Sequence record: DRR378314_946
DNA: 37,923 nucleotides
Direction: 5' to 3' (one strand)
This document shows, one piece after another, positions 27,043-37,562 of the stretch. Position numbers and translations under genes: made by a program. The notes under the pieces were generated by a model. It was not told where the DNA came from. It searched no databases and saw nothing but the letters and a program-made list of their open reading frames with translations. Numbering within the stretch: the stretch's first letter is position 1; every line of letters begins with the position of its first letter.

Positions 27043-27813
27043 TTAGACGCTTCTGCCGCCGTCTACATCGATCGACGTTCCGGTGATGAAATTGGCATCA
27101 TCGGAACTCAGATAAACCGCAGCACCGGCAATGTCTGCTGGCTGTGCAAGGCGACCAAGCGGGATGGTCGCCAGAAAAGCGCGGCGATTTTCTTCGCTAT
27201 CGGCTTTGCCCATAAATTCTTCCAGCAAGCCAGTATCTCCAAGGACCGGGCAGATGGCGTTAACCCGGATGTTGTCGGGGGCCAGTTCAACCGCTGTGCC
27301 TTTTGTCAGGTTGAGAGCCGCTGCCTTGGAGCCATTATACCACGTCAAGCCCGGGCGGGGCCTGTTTGCGCCAACAGAAGCGACATTAATGATAGAGCCC
27401 CCTCCGTATTTTTTGAAAACCGGCGCGACGGCAAGTGTCGCATGGTAAATTGCCTTAACATTCACATCAAAAATGCGATCAAATGTGTTTTCGTCAACGT
27501 CAAACATCGACCCGTTTTTACTTGTATAGCCAGCGTTATTGACCAAGATGTCCAACCGCCCAAAAGCCTCTTCGGTGCTTTTAATCATACGGTCGATGTC
27601 ATCCTTGTTCGTTACATCGATATGCAGGGCAACCGCATTCTCTCCAATATCTGAGGCAACCCGGACAGCGTTGCTATGATTAATATCAGCAATCACGACG
27701 GTTGCGCCTTCTTCTGCAAATCTTTTGGCGATGCCTTCACCAAAACCCGATCCAGCGCCCGTGATAATCGCAACTTTTTCTGCTAGTTTCATTTTTTCAA
27801 TTTCCTTAGTCAT
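27043..27813 (-). CDS. Short-chain dehydrogenase/reductase (FabG/TsaC-like)
   Basis: TGAGSGFG, NNAG, YNGSK; alternative start at 27792. Confidence 0.93.
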   Translation of the reverse strand: MTKEIEKMKLAEKVAIITGAGSGFGEGIAKRFAEEGATVVIADINHSNAVRVASDIGENAVALHIDVTNKDDIDRMIKSTEEAFGRLDILVNNAGYTSKNGSMFDVDENTFDRIFDVNVKAIYHATLAVAPVFKKYGGGSIINVASVGANRPRPGLTWYNGSKAAALNLTKGTAVELAPDNIRVNAICPVLGDTGLLEEFMGKADSEENRRAFLATIPLGRLAQPADIAGAAVYLSSDDANFITGTSIDVDGGRSV

Positions 27814-29245
27814 GTTTGAAAATTATTGTTTTGCCAATTGTAAATTCGTGAAGAGCCGCGAACCCCTTTTCACGCCCGTGACCGCTTTGCTTTACGCCGC
27901 CAAATGGCAGTTCAACACCGCCGCCAGCCCCGTAATTATTGATAAAGACCTGACCACATTTCAAAGCTTTGGCGAGGCGAATTTGACGACCGCCATTTTC
28001 TGTCCAGACACCGGCTACCAATCCAAAGTCGGTTCCATTTGCGATCCGAATGGCGTCTTCTTCATCATCAAATGCGATGGCCGATAGCACAGGCCCAAAT
28101 ACCTCTTTTTGAGCAAGGTCATGTTGTTCTGGGACGGGCCCAAACAGGGTCGGGGTTACGTAATATCCCACAGTCGGTGCCTTATCTGACAGGGTTGCTT
28201 TTGCAAGGCAGGGAATGTCATCCTGTTCTGCAATTGCCAGAAAACGCTCAACCACACTTTTTTGCTTGGCGCTGATCATCGGACCGCAGGACAGATCATC
28301 TTCGGAGCGACCAACAACCATTGTGTTGAATTTCTCCTGAAGCTTTGTGATAACATCATTGAAGATGGATTTCTGAATGAGGACCCTGCTACCAGCAGAG
28401 CAGGTTTGTCCGCCATTTTGAACAATTGCGGCAGCGACTGTCGCAATGGCGGCTTCCATATTTGCATCGTCGAAAATGATTTGTGGAGATTTGCCACCAA
28501 GCTCAAGGACGCAAGGGCGGTGGTGCTTTGCAGATTCAATCTGAATAAGGGTGCCAACCTCCGGTGATCCCGTAAAGGAGATGAAATCCACATCCGGATG
28601 GCTGCTCAGCGCGGCGCCAGCCGCTTCCCCGCGTCCAGTGACCAAATTTACAGCACCGGCCGGGAAACCGGCTTCGTCTACCAGTTCTAACAATTTGATG
28701 CAGGAGAGGCAGGCCTCTTCGGCAGGCTTGATAACTGTTGCATTACCCGTTGCCAACGCCGGTCCCAGCGTACGCCCGAACATTTGCGCAGGATAATTCC
28801 ACGGAATGATATGCCCGGTGACGCCGCGCGCTTCACGAATTTCAGTGACGAGATATTCATTCTGATAGGGGATGGTATCGCCATGAAATTTATCGGCGGC
28901 CCCTGCATAGAATTCAAAATATCGGGCGCAGGCCTTAATGTCCGCTCGGGCTTGGCTGATCGGCTTGCCAGTATCTTTTGCTTCGATGGTAACCAACTCA
29001 TCTGCATTCTTCGTGATAAGCTGACTAAGTATGTAAAGAAGTTGGCTCCGCTCTGCGGGGGATAAGTGGCCCCAGTCGCCTTCAAAGGCTTGGCGCGCCG
29101 CTTTGACGGCTAAATCAATATCTTCAGCATGTCCGGCAGATATAGAGGTGAATTCCTCACCCGTACTGGGGTCCATCACATCTATATCAGTCTTTGATAG
29201 CGATGGTTGCCATTTACCAGCAATGAAAATTGTTTTTGGTTTCAT
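27806..29245 (-). CDS. NAD(P)-dependent aldehyde dehydrogenase
   Basis: IPWNYP, FTGS, LELGGKSP, GQTCSAG, EVFGP, PFGGVKQSG. ATG 29245 with AGGA preferred over 29287. Confidence 0.95.
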   Translation of the reverse strand: MKPKTIFIAGKWQPSLSKTDIDVMDPSTGEEFTSISAGHAEDIDLAVKAARQAFEGDWGHLSPAERSQLLYILSQLITKNADELVTIEAKDTGKPISQARADIKACARYFEFYAGAADKFHGDTIPYQNEYLVTEIREARGVTGHIIPWNYPAQMFGRTLGPALATGNATVIKPAEEACLSCIKLLELVDEAGFPAGAVNLVTGRGEAAGAALSSHPDVDFISFTGSPEVGTLIQIESAKHHRPCVLELGGKSPQIIFDDANMEAAIATVAAAIVQNGGQTCSAGSRVLIQKSIFNDVITKLQEKFNTMVVGRSEDDLSCGPMISAKQKSVVERFLAIAEQDDIPCLAKATLSDKAPTVGYYVTPTLFGPVPEQHDLAQKEVFGPVLSAIAFDDEEDAIRIANGTDFGLVAGVWTENGGRQIRLAKALKCGQVFINNYGAGGGVELPFGGVKQSGHGREKGFAALHEFTIGKTIIFKHD

Positions 29246-29374
29246 GTATTCCAATCCTGCTTTTTGTGCCTTTAACGTCGGCGGCATTTGTTTCTGGATC
29301 GGTAAAAACTAGAAATCGATTTGATATGCGTCTAATGCTATATTTATATAAACTGTATGCTGAAAAGGTATGGG

Positions 29375-30301
29375 ATGAATTTTACGCTTACTCAAATCCT
29401 GAATTTCATTGAGGTTGTTGAATGGGGGAATATTTCAAAAGCGGCTTCGCATTTGAATATTGCACAACCGGCACTCAGTCGCCAAATCAAGGCGCTGGAG
29501 GAAAGCCTCGGGTCAAGGTTATTGTTGCGTCAAAGCTGGGGGGTGGAAGTGACAGAGGAGGGGCGCGCCTTTCTAGAGTACGCCCTTAGGATCCGAAAGG
29601 AATGCCAAGCCGCGGATGAAGCACTCAGGGATAGTGGTAAAGAGCCGATGGGAACGGTGTATCTGGGACTTCCGTCTGCCTATTCGGTCTCGCTGGTACC
29701 TCGATTGATAAAAGATATTCGGGTTAAGTATCCGAAAATTGATATTCGGATCGTTACGGCGTTCAGTGGGACGATCTATGAGTGGTTATTGTCTGGCCGC
29801 CTTGATTTGGCTTTGCTCTATCACTCCGAAGATCATTTGGCTGCGGAGAGTTTCCCCTTGTTTGAAGAGCCGCTTTTGGTTGTGGGGAAAAGAGGTCGTT
29901 TCAAGGCGGATAGTCCAGTTGAGCTTGATGAGATTGCGCGGTCCGAGCAAACAATTGTGCCGTGGCGTCCGCATATTCTGCGTTTGGTGGTGGAGCAAAT
30001 GTATCATGATCGACAGTTGGCTTTTTCTCCAGCTTTTGAAATAGACTCCATGCCATGCATTAAAGAACTGATAAAAGAAGGGCTTGGGGTTACCTTCCTG
30101 CCGCGTTCGGCGGTTCATAAGGAGGTTGCCGATAACGTTCTGTCGGCAACAAATTTAAACCCTGATGCGTCTTTGCAGATATATGTTGGCATGGCTCCCA
30201 ATCGCCAACCTTCAGGGGCGACGAAGACCATCGCGCAGAATTTGCAAACGGTTGCGGCTGATTTGAGCGGTGAAACAGGTTGGACCCTTTTACCGGCTTA
30301 A
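29375..30301 (+). CDS. LysR-family transcriptional regulator
   Basis: GNISKAASHLNIAQPALSRQIKALEE. A T-N11-A box ATGCTGAAAAGGTAT at 29357..29371 suggests the start is 29375. Confidence 0.95.
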   Translation: MNFTLTQILNFIEVVEWGNISKAASHLNIAQPALSRQIKALEESLGSRLLLRQSWGVEVTEEGRAFLEYALRIRKECQAADEALRDSGKEPMGTVYLGLPSAYSVSLVPRLIKDIRVKYPKIDIRIVTAFSGTIYEWLLSGRLDLALLYHSEDHLAAESFPLFEEPLLVVGKRGRFKADSPVELDEIARSEQTIVPWRPHILRLVVEQMYHDRQLAFSPAFEIDSMPCIKELIKEGLGVTFLPRSAVHKEVADNVLSATNLNPDASLQIYVGMAPNRQPSGATKTIAQNLQTVAADLSGETGWTLLPA

Positions 30302-30386
30302 GAGAGATTTCAGTTTTAAAAGTCGCCTAAGCTTTCTATAGAATGTAAGATATCTGATCTGCATAATTTCCACAGGTAACTCTCAA

Positions 30387-31049
30387 ATGCGTCCTACTAA
30401 TGAAACTGATTTTTTAACAAAAACAGAAATGGCAAAGCGTCATATTCAATCTCTTGTGTTGTCAGGGGTATATGCGCCGGGAGATCGTGTGACGACGCGC
30501 GAAGTTGCGCGCTCACTTGGGGTTAGCGACACACCCATTCGAGAAGCTATCCAATCATTGGCGTCCGAAGGATGGCTGGATGTTCAGCAGCATGTGGGGG
30601 CGGTTGTTCAAGGTGTGAAAGTGGAACAGGTTAGAGAGATCAGCCGATTGAGAGGGGCTATTGGTGCCATGGCCATTGAAGTAGGGCGTGCCGCCTTCGA
30701 TGAAAATCGATTGCAGGCAATTGATGAGGTCCTTGATGATATGGAACAGGCGTTGGAGCGGGCTGATATAGAAGATTTTGCGCTGAAAAATTATGAATTT
30801 CATGATCTGATTTGTGACGAGGATCATGCGCCGTGGTGCCGCCGTTTTATGGATAATATGTATGGGCATATGTCTACGGGCAGGCTGGGAATTACGCCAA
30901 CGAAAGAGCGGATGGCCGCCGCCTTACAGGAACATCGAAATATTCAGATACAGCTGAGAAATCAGGATTTTGCCGCCGCGGCCAAGTGTGTCGATGTGCA
31001 TGAGCGAAATGCGGGTGACTTCTTTTTGGAGCTGCTACAAAACTCCTGA
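30387..31049 (+). CDS. GntR-family regulator (FCD domain)
   Basis: PGDRVTTREVARSLGVSDTPIREAI; NYEFH and QEH metal-site residues. Confidence 0.93.
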   Translation: MRPTNETDFLTKTEMAKRHIQSLVLSGVYAPGDRVTTREVARSLGVSDTPIREAIQSLASEGWLDVQQHVGAVVQGVKVEQVREISRLRGAIGAMAIEVGRAAFDENRLQAIDEVLDDMEQALERADIEDFALKNYEFHDLICDEDHAPWCRRFMDNMYGHMSTGRLGITPTKERMAAALQEHRNIQIQLRNQDFAAAAKCVDVHERNAGDFFLELLQNS

Positions 31050-31137
31050 TGGTTTTGTGAAAATAAAATACTTCATAAAAAGCAATAATTTAGATTTATT
31101 TTCTACTTCACTTTGATCCCATGCGAAATTTTGGGCA

Positions 31138-31177
31138 TTGACGCAAATTCTTTGCGATGCGATATTCTATAGAATAT
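31138..31177 (+). promoter_or_regulatory. Sigma70-like promoter overlapped by a 16-bp palindromic operator
   Basis: TTGACG-17 nt-GATATT; ATATTCTATAGAATAT at 31162..31177. The core TTCTATAGAA also occurs at 30334..30343. Confidence 0.6.
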
Positions 31178-31214
31178 ATAATAACGAAAACTCAATAGCA
31201 GGGATGATGAATTG

Positions 31215-32438
31215 ATGAGTGCAGGTGCGATTATCAGTCAGGTTGAGGTGCTGGAATGCAGCAACTCGTGGCGTAACTTCCATTTTGTTAAAATTACGGC
31301 TGAAAATGGTCTCGTTGGATGGAGTGAGTTCGATGAATTTTTCGGAATGCCTCATGTTTCATCGGTCATCAGAAGTCTAGCGCACCGCATTATTGGTCAG
31401 AACGCTATCCGGCATCAGGCGATCCGGCAGGATCTTTTAAACGTGAACCGGCCGGGGGTGAGTGGCGTGGTGGGGCAAGCGATCGGATCGATCGAAAATG
31501 CCTTGATCGATCTCCATGCGAAAACACTGGATGTTCCTGCATATGAACTGCTCGGCGGTAAAGTGCGTGAGAAAATCCGCGTTTACTGGTCTCATTTTGT
31601 GTCACATCGGGCGCGTGTGGGGCATTTTGGAAAAGACATCACGAATGTAGATGGGGTTCTTGAGAACGTAGACGATGCGTTGAAGGCTGGTTATACGGCC
31701 GTCAAAACCAATGTTTTTAATTATGGGTCCGATGGCTCAACAAAAAGCTGGGCCCCCGGTTTTGGGCGGCCTTTTGACCCTTCTCGAGTGGCTGAGAAAT
31801 CTATTCGAAAAGGATTGAAAGAACATCTGGAGACGATCCGGCATGCCGGTGGTGCTGACTTGGATGTGATGTTGGATCTAAATTTCAATTCACGCCCTGA
31901 AGGGTATCTTTCTATTTTGCGGGAATTGCAGGATTTTGATCTTTTCTGGCTTGAACTGGATGTACTAGATGCGAAAGCATTGTCGATGATCCGGTCGCAT
32001 GCCAATTTCCCAATCGCGTCTTGCGAGACATTGATCGGGCTGCAACAGTTTTTACCATTCTTTGAAAATCGATCCGTTGATGTGGCGATTGTGGACACTC
32101 TTTGGAATGGGGTTTGGCAATCCATGCATATCGCGGCGGCGGCTGATGCCTATGATGTGAATGTGGCCTGCCACAATTTCTACGGACATCTCAGCACTAT
32201 GATGAATGCCCATTTTTGTGCGGCAGTTCCTAACCTGCGGATCATGGAAACCGATGTTGATCGTGTTGCATGGGACAAAGATATCTTCACTCATTTACCA
32301 GATATCAAAGACGGATATCTAACGGTTCCAGATCGTCCAGGTTGGGGGACAGAGCCGATTGAGGAAAAACTGAAGGAATATCCGCCGATCCCGGATGCTG
32401 GGTTGGCCCGGACAGCACAAAAACCGATCCTTGTGTGA
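31215..32438 (+). CDS. Mandelate racemase/enolase-superfamily enzyme (acid-sugar dehydratase-like)
   Basis: GWSE, IENALIDL..K..VPAYELLGG, metal ligands MLD/WLE/SCE, ACHN. Confidence 0.9.
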   Translation: MSAGAIISQVEVLECSNSWRNFHFVKITAENGLVGWSEFDEFFGMPHVSSVIRSLAHRIIGQNAIRHQAIRQDLLNVNRPGVSGVVGQAIGSIENALIDLHAKTLDVPAYELLGGKVREKIRVYWSHFVSHRARVGHFGKDITNVDGVLENVDDALKAGYTAVKTNVFNYGSDGSTKSWAPGFGRPFDPSRVAEKSIRKGLKEHLETIRHAGGADLDVMLDLNFNSRPEGYLSILRELQDFDLFWLELDVLDAKALSMIRSHANFPIASCETLIGLQQFLPFFENRSVDVAIVDTLWNGVWQSMHIAAAADAYDVNVACHNFYGHLSTMMNAHFCAAVPNLRIMETDVDRVAWDKDIFTHLPDIKDGYLTVPDRPGWGTEPIEEKLKEYPPIPDAGLARTAQKPILV

Positions 32439-32448
32439 GGGTAACGCA

Positions 32449-34047
32449 GTGAGTGATACAGTTGATGTTCTGATTATCGGTGGTGGTCCCTCCGGTGCGG
32501 CCATTGCCCGAAGTCTTGTTGAGACAAAAATGCGTATTTTATGTCTTGAGCAGGGAGAGTGGCCAAATACGGACCAGTTTCCAAGTACTGGTATGGACTG
32601 GGAAGTGAGGCAGCAGGGTGATTTTTCCATCAGCCCGAATGTTCGTAAGCGGCCCGAGGATTATCCGATTAATGATACAGACTCCCCCATTAAAATTGCC
32701 AATTTTAATGGGGTTGGGGGCGGAACGGTTCTGTATGCGGGACATTTTCCGCGCTTGTTACCTTCTGATTTTCGAGTGAACAGCCTTGATGGCATTGCGG
32801 ATGATTGGCCCATTTCATATGAGACACTGGCGCCATTTTACGCAGAAAATGATCAAATCATGGGGATCTCCGGAATGGCCGGAGATCCAGCTTACCCGGA
32901 TAAACATGCAGTGATGCCTCCCGTGCCTATGGGGAAAACCGGCAAGTTGCTTGGCAGTGCCATGAATGATCTGGGGTGGCATTGGTGGCCATCTGACGCC
33001 GCCATCTTGACACAGGAACATAACGGCCGGGCACCTTGTATTAACCTGGGCCAGTGTCTTTCCGGCTGCGCGCAAGGGGCAAAAGGCACCGCAGATTTGG
33101 CATATTGGCCGGATGCCGTTCGGGATCGGGTGGAGGTTCGAACAGGATGCCGTGTCAGCCGTATTGAGACAAACGAAGACAATATGGCAACAGGTGCCTA
33201 TTACTTTGACCGAAACGGAGAAGAGATTTTCCAGCCAGCAGAAATCGTCGTTGTGGCCTGCAATGGTATCGGGACACCTCGGCTTCTTCTAAATTCAGCG
33301 TCCGAACGTCACCCAAATGGTCTTGCCAATTCAAGTGGTTTGGTGGGCAAGAATTTGATGTTGCACCCTTACGCAAAGATCTGGGGCCAATTTGATCAGG
33401 AATTGGATGGTCATCGCGGCCCGCCAGTTTGTTTATGGAGCATGCAATTCTATGAAACTGACAAAAGTCGTGGGTTTGACCGCGGGTATTCCTATCAGTT
33501 TGTGAGAGGACAAGGGCCAGCCCGTACCGCATTGGACGGGATGAATATGGGGCAGATCCCATGGGGCAGCGGCCATCACGAAGCCTTTGATAAGGCCTTT
33601 GGCAGAAGTGCGGGGCTGGTGTCCATTTGTGAGGACCTTCCCGAATTGACAAATACGGTTACGTTAGATCCTGATTTGAAAGATGGAAATGGCATCCCAG
33701 CCCCGAAAATCACCTATCGCATTGGTGAAAATACCCAAAAGATGCTCGATCACTCCATTGAAAGCGGGCGAAAAATTCTAGAGGCCGCGGGCGCGAAAAA
33801 TATTACCAGCCAAAATCCACTCCCCTATGCCGGTTGGCATTTACTGGGCACGGCAAAAATGGGGACTGACCCCCAGAATTCAGTCGTGAATGAATGGGGG
33901 CGCTGTCATGACGTCAAAAACATGTTCATCGCTGATGGAAGTGTATTTGTAACATCGGGCGGCGTTAATCCGACTTCAACCATTCAGGCGATCTCTCTGT
34001 ATGTAGCAGATCAGATCAAATCCCGCATTTACGAATTATTCGAATAA
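32449..34047 (+). CDS. GMC-family FAD oxidoreductase
   Basis: GGGPSG, GVGGGT, Cys cluster CINLGQCLSGC, TPRLLL, HLLGT, NPTSTI. GTG start after GAGGG. Confidence 0.93.
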   Translation: MSDTVDVLIIGGGPSGAAIARSLVETKMRILCLEQGEWPNTDQFPSTGMDWEVRQQGDFSISPNVRKRPEDYPINDTDSPIKIANFNGVGGGTVLYAGHFPRLLPSDFRVNSLDGIADDWPISYETLAPFYAENDQIMGISGMAGDPAYPDKHAVMPPVPMGKTGKLLGSAMNDLGWHWWPSDAAILTQEHNGRAPCINLGQCLSGCAQGAKGTADLAYWPDAVRDRVEVRTGCRVSRIETNEDNMATGAYYFDRNGEEIFQPAEIVVVACNGIGTPRLLLNSASERHPNGLANSSGLVGKNLMLHPYAKIWGQFDQELDGHRGPPVCLWSMQFYETDKSRGFDRGYSYQFVRGQGPARTALDGMNMGQIPWGSGHHEAFDKAFGRSAGLVSICEDLPELTNTVTLDPDLKDGNGIPAPKITYRIGENTQKMLDHSIESGRKILEAAGAKNITSQNPLPYAGWHLLGTAKMGTDPQNSVVNEWGRCHDVKNMFIADGSVFVTSGGVNPTSTIQAISLYVADQIKSRIYELFE

Positions 34048-34060
34048 AGAGGGCGTTGTC

Positions 34061-34513
34061 ATGGATATACAGACCGACCTAACAGCTCGCCAACTCCAAT
34101 CTCTCTCGATACTGGTGGAGTGTGTCATTCCGCCTTCGGCGGACCTGTCTCTGCCGGGGGCGGGAGATGCCCTGATTTTTGGCGATATTCTGAAGCAACT
34201 GCAGATGGATGCAGCTAAGCAGCGGCAACTGATTAAGGCTTTGATCCATTTGGAGCGGGAGGGGTTTCCAACCGCCTCTGATGAGGCGCGGGACGCTGTG
34301 CTCCACCAATTTCGAACGGAATATCCTGAGGATTCCGGGCTTGTTCAAAATCTGACAGTTACAGCTTACTACCGAGATCCGCGAGTGTTGGAAAGAATTG
34401 GGGTGGAACCACGGCCACCATTCCCGAAAGGATATCACGTGGAACAAGGGGATTGGGGCTTGCTCGATCCCGTTCGGCAAAGAGGTAAAATTTATCGTTC
34501 ACCGACTGCATAA
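34061..34513 (+). CDS. Small partner subunit (gluconate 2-dehydrogenase subunit 3-like)
   Basis: VIPPS..LPGAGD and AYYRDPRV..IG motifs; directly follows the GMC gene. Confidence 0.65.
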   Translation: MDIQTDLTARQLQSLSILVECVIPPSADLSLPGAGDALIFGDILKQLQMDAAKQRQLIKALIHLEREGFPTASDEARDAVLHQFRTEYPEDSGLVQNLTVTAYYRDPRVLERIGVEPRPPFPKGYHVEQGDWGLLDPVRQRGKIYRSPTA

Positions 34514-34552
34514 CAAAAAAATCAGGTGAATTGAGAGTATCGGGAGGAAAAT

Positions 34553-35095
34553 GTGTCTGTAGCCAAACCAAAAAAAATCTCAACAGTTGCAATGCTACTG
34601 GAGAAATGCGCTGCATTTATTCTAGGGCTGATGATCTTGCATGTTGTGATTGATGTTGTTTTTAAGTTTTTGTTCAATTACCCACTGCCGGGAACATTAA
34701 ATGTTGTTTCAAGTTATTACATGGTTGCGTGTGTCTTTTTACCTATTGCGATGGTTGAACTAACGCGTGGAAATATTGCTGTGGACCTGTTCTACCAGCA
34801 TTTTCCGGTACCCGCTAAATACATCTTTCTGATTTTAGGCACGTTGCTGAGCCTCTTTTTCTTTGCATTGTTGGGGTATCAGTCCGTTTTCGATGCCTTG
34901 AAATCTTATAGCAAGGGCGAGTTTATTGACGGCATTGTCGTCGTTTACGTTTGGCCAAGCCGTTTCATTCTTCCTGTCGGGCTTGGCATTGTTTCTCTCG
35001 TCTTAATATATCGGTTAATTCACGAATTACGTTACGGGGAAAAGGATATTGTTGAGACCCCCGATGCTGGCTCCTTTCATGAGGCATGCTCATGA
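34553..35095 (+). CDS. dctQ: TRAP transporter small permease
   Basis: Four hydrophobic segments, DV..K, GNIAVDL motif. Confidence 0.88.
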   Translation: MSVAKPKKISTVAMLLEKCAAFILGLMILHVVIDVVFKFLFNYPLPGTLNVVSSYYMVACVFLPIAMVELTRGNIAVDLFYQHFPVPAKYIFLILGTLLSLFFFALLGYQSVFDALKSYSKGEFIDGIVVVYVWPSRFILPVGLGIVSLVLIYRLIHELRYGEKDIVETPDAGSFHEACS

Positions 35096-36399
35096 GTAAT
35101 GTGGAAATTGGCGTTATCGGTGTCGCATTGACCCTTATTCTGATCGCTGTCCGAATTCCAATCGGTGTGGTTTTGGGTGTCATTGCTTTTGGCGGAATTA
35201 CGGCTATTACAAATATAAAAGCCGCTTTAAGCATCACTTCCGTTATTCCGTATAATTTCATTACGGATTGGAATCTGACGGCCATTCCAACTTTCCTGGC
35301 AATGGGGTTCATCGCGTCTGAAGCAGGGCTGACAAAAGGATTGTTTGCCGCTATTCGGATGTTCCTTGGGCGGATTCCAGGGGGTATGGCCTCGGCAACC
35401 GTAATTGCATCTGCCATGTTTGCGTCAGCCTCTGGATCCAGTATCGCCACCTCGGCGGCTTTCTCCCGAATTGCGGTCCCAGAGATGCTGAAGGCAAAAT
35501 ATAACGTAGGCCTTGCAACAGGTAGTGTGGCAGCCGCAGGTACGCTTGGCTCTCTCATTCCGCCAAGCATTCTGATGATCCTGTATGGTATTTTTACTAG
35601 CACTTCCATTGCGGATCTGTTTTTGGCCGGGGTGTTGCCGGGGATCTTGTCGGCGGCGATGTTCGTGGCGATGATTACCTTCCGGAGTTGGCGCAACCCA
35701 AAACTCGCCCCAAAATCAGATGAGGTGTTTAGCTGGGCCGAAAAAAGGGCTGCCCTCTCAGATATCTGGGCGTTGCCGGTCCTGGTCGGTTTTGTACTTG
35801 GGGGCATTTTCGTCGGAATATTCTCCCCGACCGAAGCAGGGGCGATTGGGGCGGCTTTGGCCGCACTGCTTGGCGTTATCAGAAGAACTCTGTCTTTTGA
35901 GGGGGTTCGCAACTCTCTGGTTCAATCTGTATACGGTACAAGCACCATATTCATAATCGGGCTTGGCGCGGCAATCTACGTTCGCTTTCTGGGGTTAAGC
36001 GGGTTGCCTGTTTATCTGGCGGATTTACTGCTGCCAATAACTAGCAACGAATATCTTCTGATCGGCATGATCTCGGTCCTGTTTATCGTCTTGGGAATGT
36101 TCGTAGACTCGCTTGCCATTATGTTGCTGACGTTGCCGATTGTTATGCCACTTGTGCACCAGTTGGGTATTGATACGGTCTGGTTCGGCATCATTGTCAT
36201 CAAGTTGCTGGAAATTGGTTTGATCACGCCTCCTGTTGGCCTCAATGCCTTTGTTATCAAAAGTTCTCTCGGAAATCTCGTCTCTCTCAATCAGGTTTTT
36301 GGTGGTGTTTTCTGGTTTTTCCTGATGGAGATTTTGACGCTGACTGCGCTGATTTATTGGCCACAAATCAGTTTGTTTTTACCCGGCTTGTCTAATTAG
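35086..36399 (+). CDS. dctM: TRAP transporter large permease
   Basis: SGSSIAT, GTLGSLIPPSI, FSPTEAG, ITPPVGLN. Confidence 0.95.
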   Translation: MLMSNVEIGVIGVALTLILIAVRIPIGVVLGVIAFGGITAITNIKAALSITSVIPYNFITDWNLTAIPTFLAMGFIASEAGLTKGLFAAIRMFLGRIPGGMASATVIASAMFASASGSSIATSAAFSRIAVPEMLKAKYNVGLATGSVAAAGTLGSLIPPSILMILYGIFTSTSIADLFLAGVLPGILSAAMFVAMITFRSWRNPKLAPKSDEVFSWAEKRAALSDIWALPVLVGFVLGGIFVGIFSPTEAGAIGAALAALLGVIRRTLSFEGVRNSLVQSVYGTSTIFIIGLGAAIYVRFLGLSGLPVYLADLLLPITSNEYLLIGMISVLFIVLGMFVDSLAIMLLTLPIVMPLVHQLGIDTVWFGIIVIKLLEIGLITPPVGLNAFVIKSSLGNLVSLNQVFGGVFWFFLMEILTLTALIYWPQISLFLPGLSN

Positions 36400-36437
36400 G
36401 GACTCAAAGAAGTCTCGCAACAACAGTGGAGGAAATT

Positions 36438-37562
36438 ATGAAAAAGACGACGTTTATTTCGGCGTTAGGAGCGGTAAGCCTATTTGCTGCGACAGCTTTT
36501 GCAGATACCTATCAGGCGAGTACCTGGCTGCCGCAAAGTGCGACAACGGTAAAAGTCACTTACATGGGGTTTGCCGATGCCGTGAAGCAGAAGACAAATG
36601 GGGATATTGCTTTTGATATTCATGTCGGCGGCGCATTGTTGCCAGTGGCAGAGTCACTGCAAGGTGTCGGTGATGGGGTTGCTATGGTCGGTGATATTCT
36701 TGCCGTTTATACCCCATCAGACTTGCCACTTAATAATGTGGTGAGTGATTTGGGATTTGTAACGGACAGTTCGCTTGTCGCCTCTTTCGCCGCAGCTGAA
36801 GTGAAATTTACAAATCAGAAACTGCGGGAAGAATGGTTGAAACACAACGTGGTGTTTGGCGGCAACTGGAGTACGTCCGGTTATCATTTCCGCTGCGGCG
36901 AGGAGGTTCGTAGTCTCGCTGATGTGAAGGGGAAGCGGGTGCGGGCATCTGTCGGGGCCCAAATTGATTTCCTGAAAAGGGTGGACGCAATTCCGGTTAG
37001 TTTGCCCGGCTCTGAAATTTACACTGCATTGGAGCGCGGATCGGTAGATTGTACGCTTGTTGCTGATGAGTCTCTATCCGCGCTTAAACTGGGTGAAGTA
37101 ATCAACTACTCAACCGAGATGGCGATGGGAGTGTTTATTTCCGGCGCGACTTGGGGATTTAATCGTGATTTTTGGACTGATATTGGGCCTAAAAACCGCC
37201 GGGTCATTCTAGATGAGATTGCGACGCATATTGTTTTGACGCAGGTTGGAATGCTTGCAGATGACGAAACAGCGACCCAAGAAACACAGAAGCGCGGGGC
37301 TAAATGGATCGAGCCTGACAGTGATCTGGTTGCTGAGCTTGAGAAGTTCCGCTCTGAATATCTCGGCGGCCTTTCTGCTGCTGAAGTCGAGAAACGCGGG
37401 ATTGAGGATCCTTCAGGTATCATCAATGACTATCTTGCCGCTCGGGATAAGTGGAGAAAACTTTTGGCTGATGTGGATCCGATGGATAGCGAAACCATGA
37501 TCAAGCTGGTGAAGCAAGAGATCTACGACAAAGTTGATGAGAATACATACGGCGTGAAATAA
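36438..37562 (+). CDS. dctP: TRAP transporter substrate-binding protein
   Basis: Signal peptide ..ATAFA, SLADVKGKRVRA (conserved Arg), EIYTALERGSVD; SD GGAGGA. Confidence 0.92.
   Translation: MKKTTFISALGAVSLFAATAFADTYQASTWLPQSATTVKVTYMGFADAVKQKTNGDIAFDIHVGGALLPVAESLQGVGDGVAMVGDILAVYTPSDLPLNNVVSDLGFVTDSSLVASFAAAEVKFTNQKLREEWLKHNVVFGGNWSTSGYHFRCGEEVRSLADVKGKRVRASVGAQIDFLKRVDAIPVSLPGSEIYTALERGSVDCTLVADESLSALKLGEVINYSTEMAMGVFISGATWGFNRDFWTDIGPKNRRVILDEIATHIVLTQVGMLADDETATQETQKRGAKWIEPDSDLVAELEKFRSEYLGGLSAAEVEKRGIEDPSGIINDYLAARDKWRKLLADVDPMDSETMIKLVKQEIYDKVDENTYGVK

Noticed and set aside
27013-27654. 213-aa plus-strand ORF
   Set aside because: Antisense shadow of the SDR gene, a common artefact for this family.
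34965-35912. 315-aa minus-strand ORF
   Set aside because: Antisense shadow of dctM.
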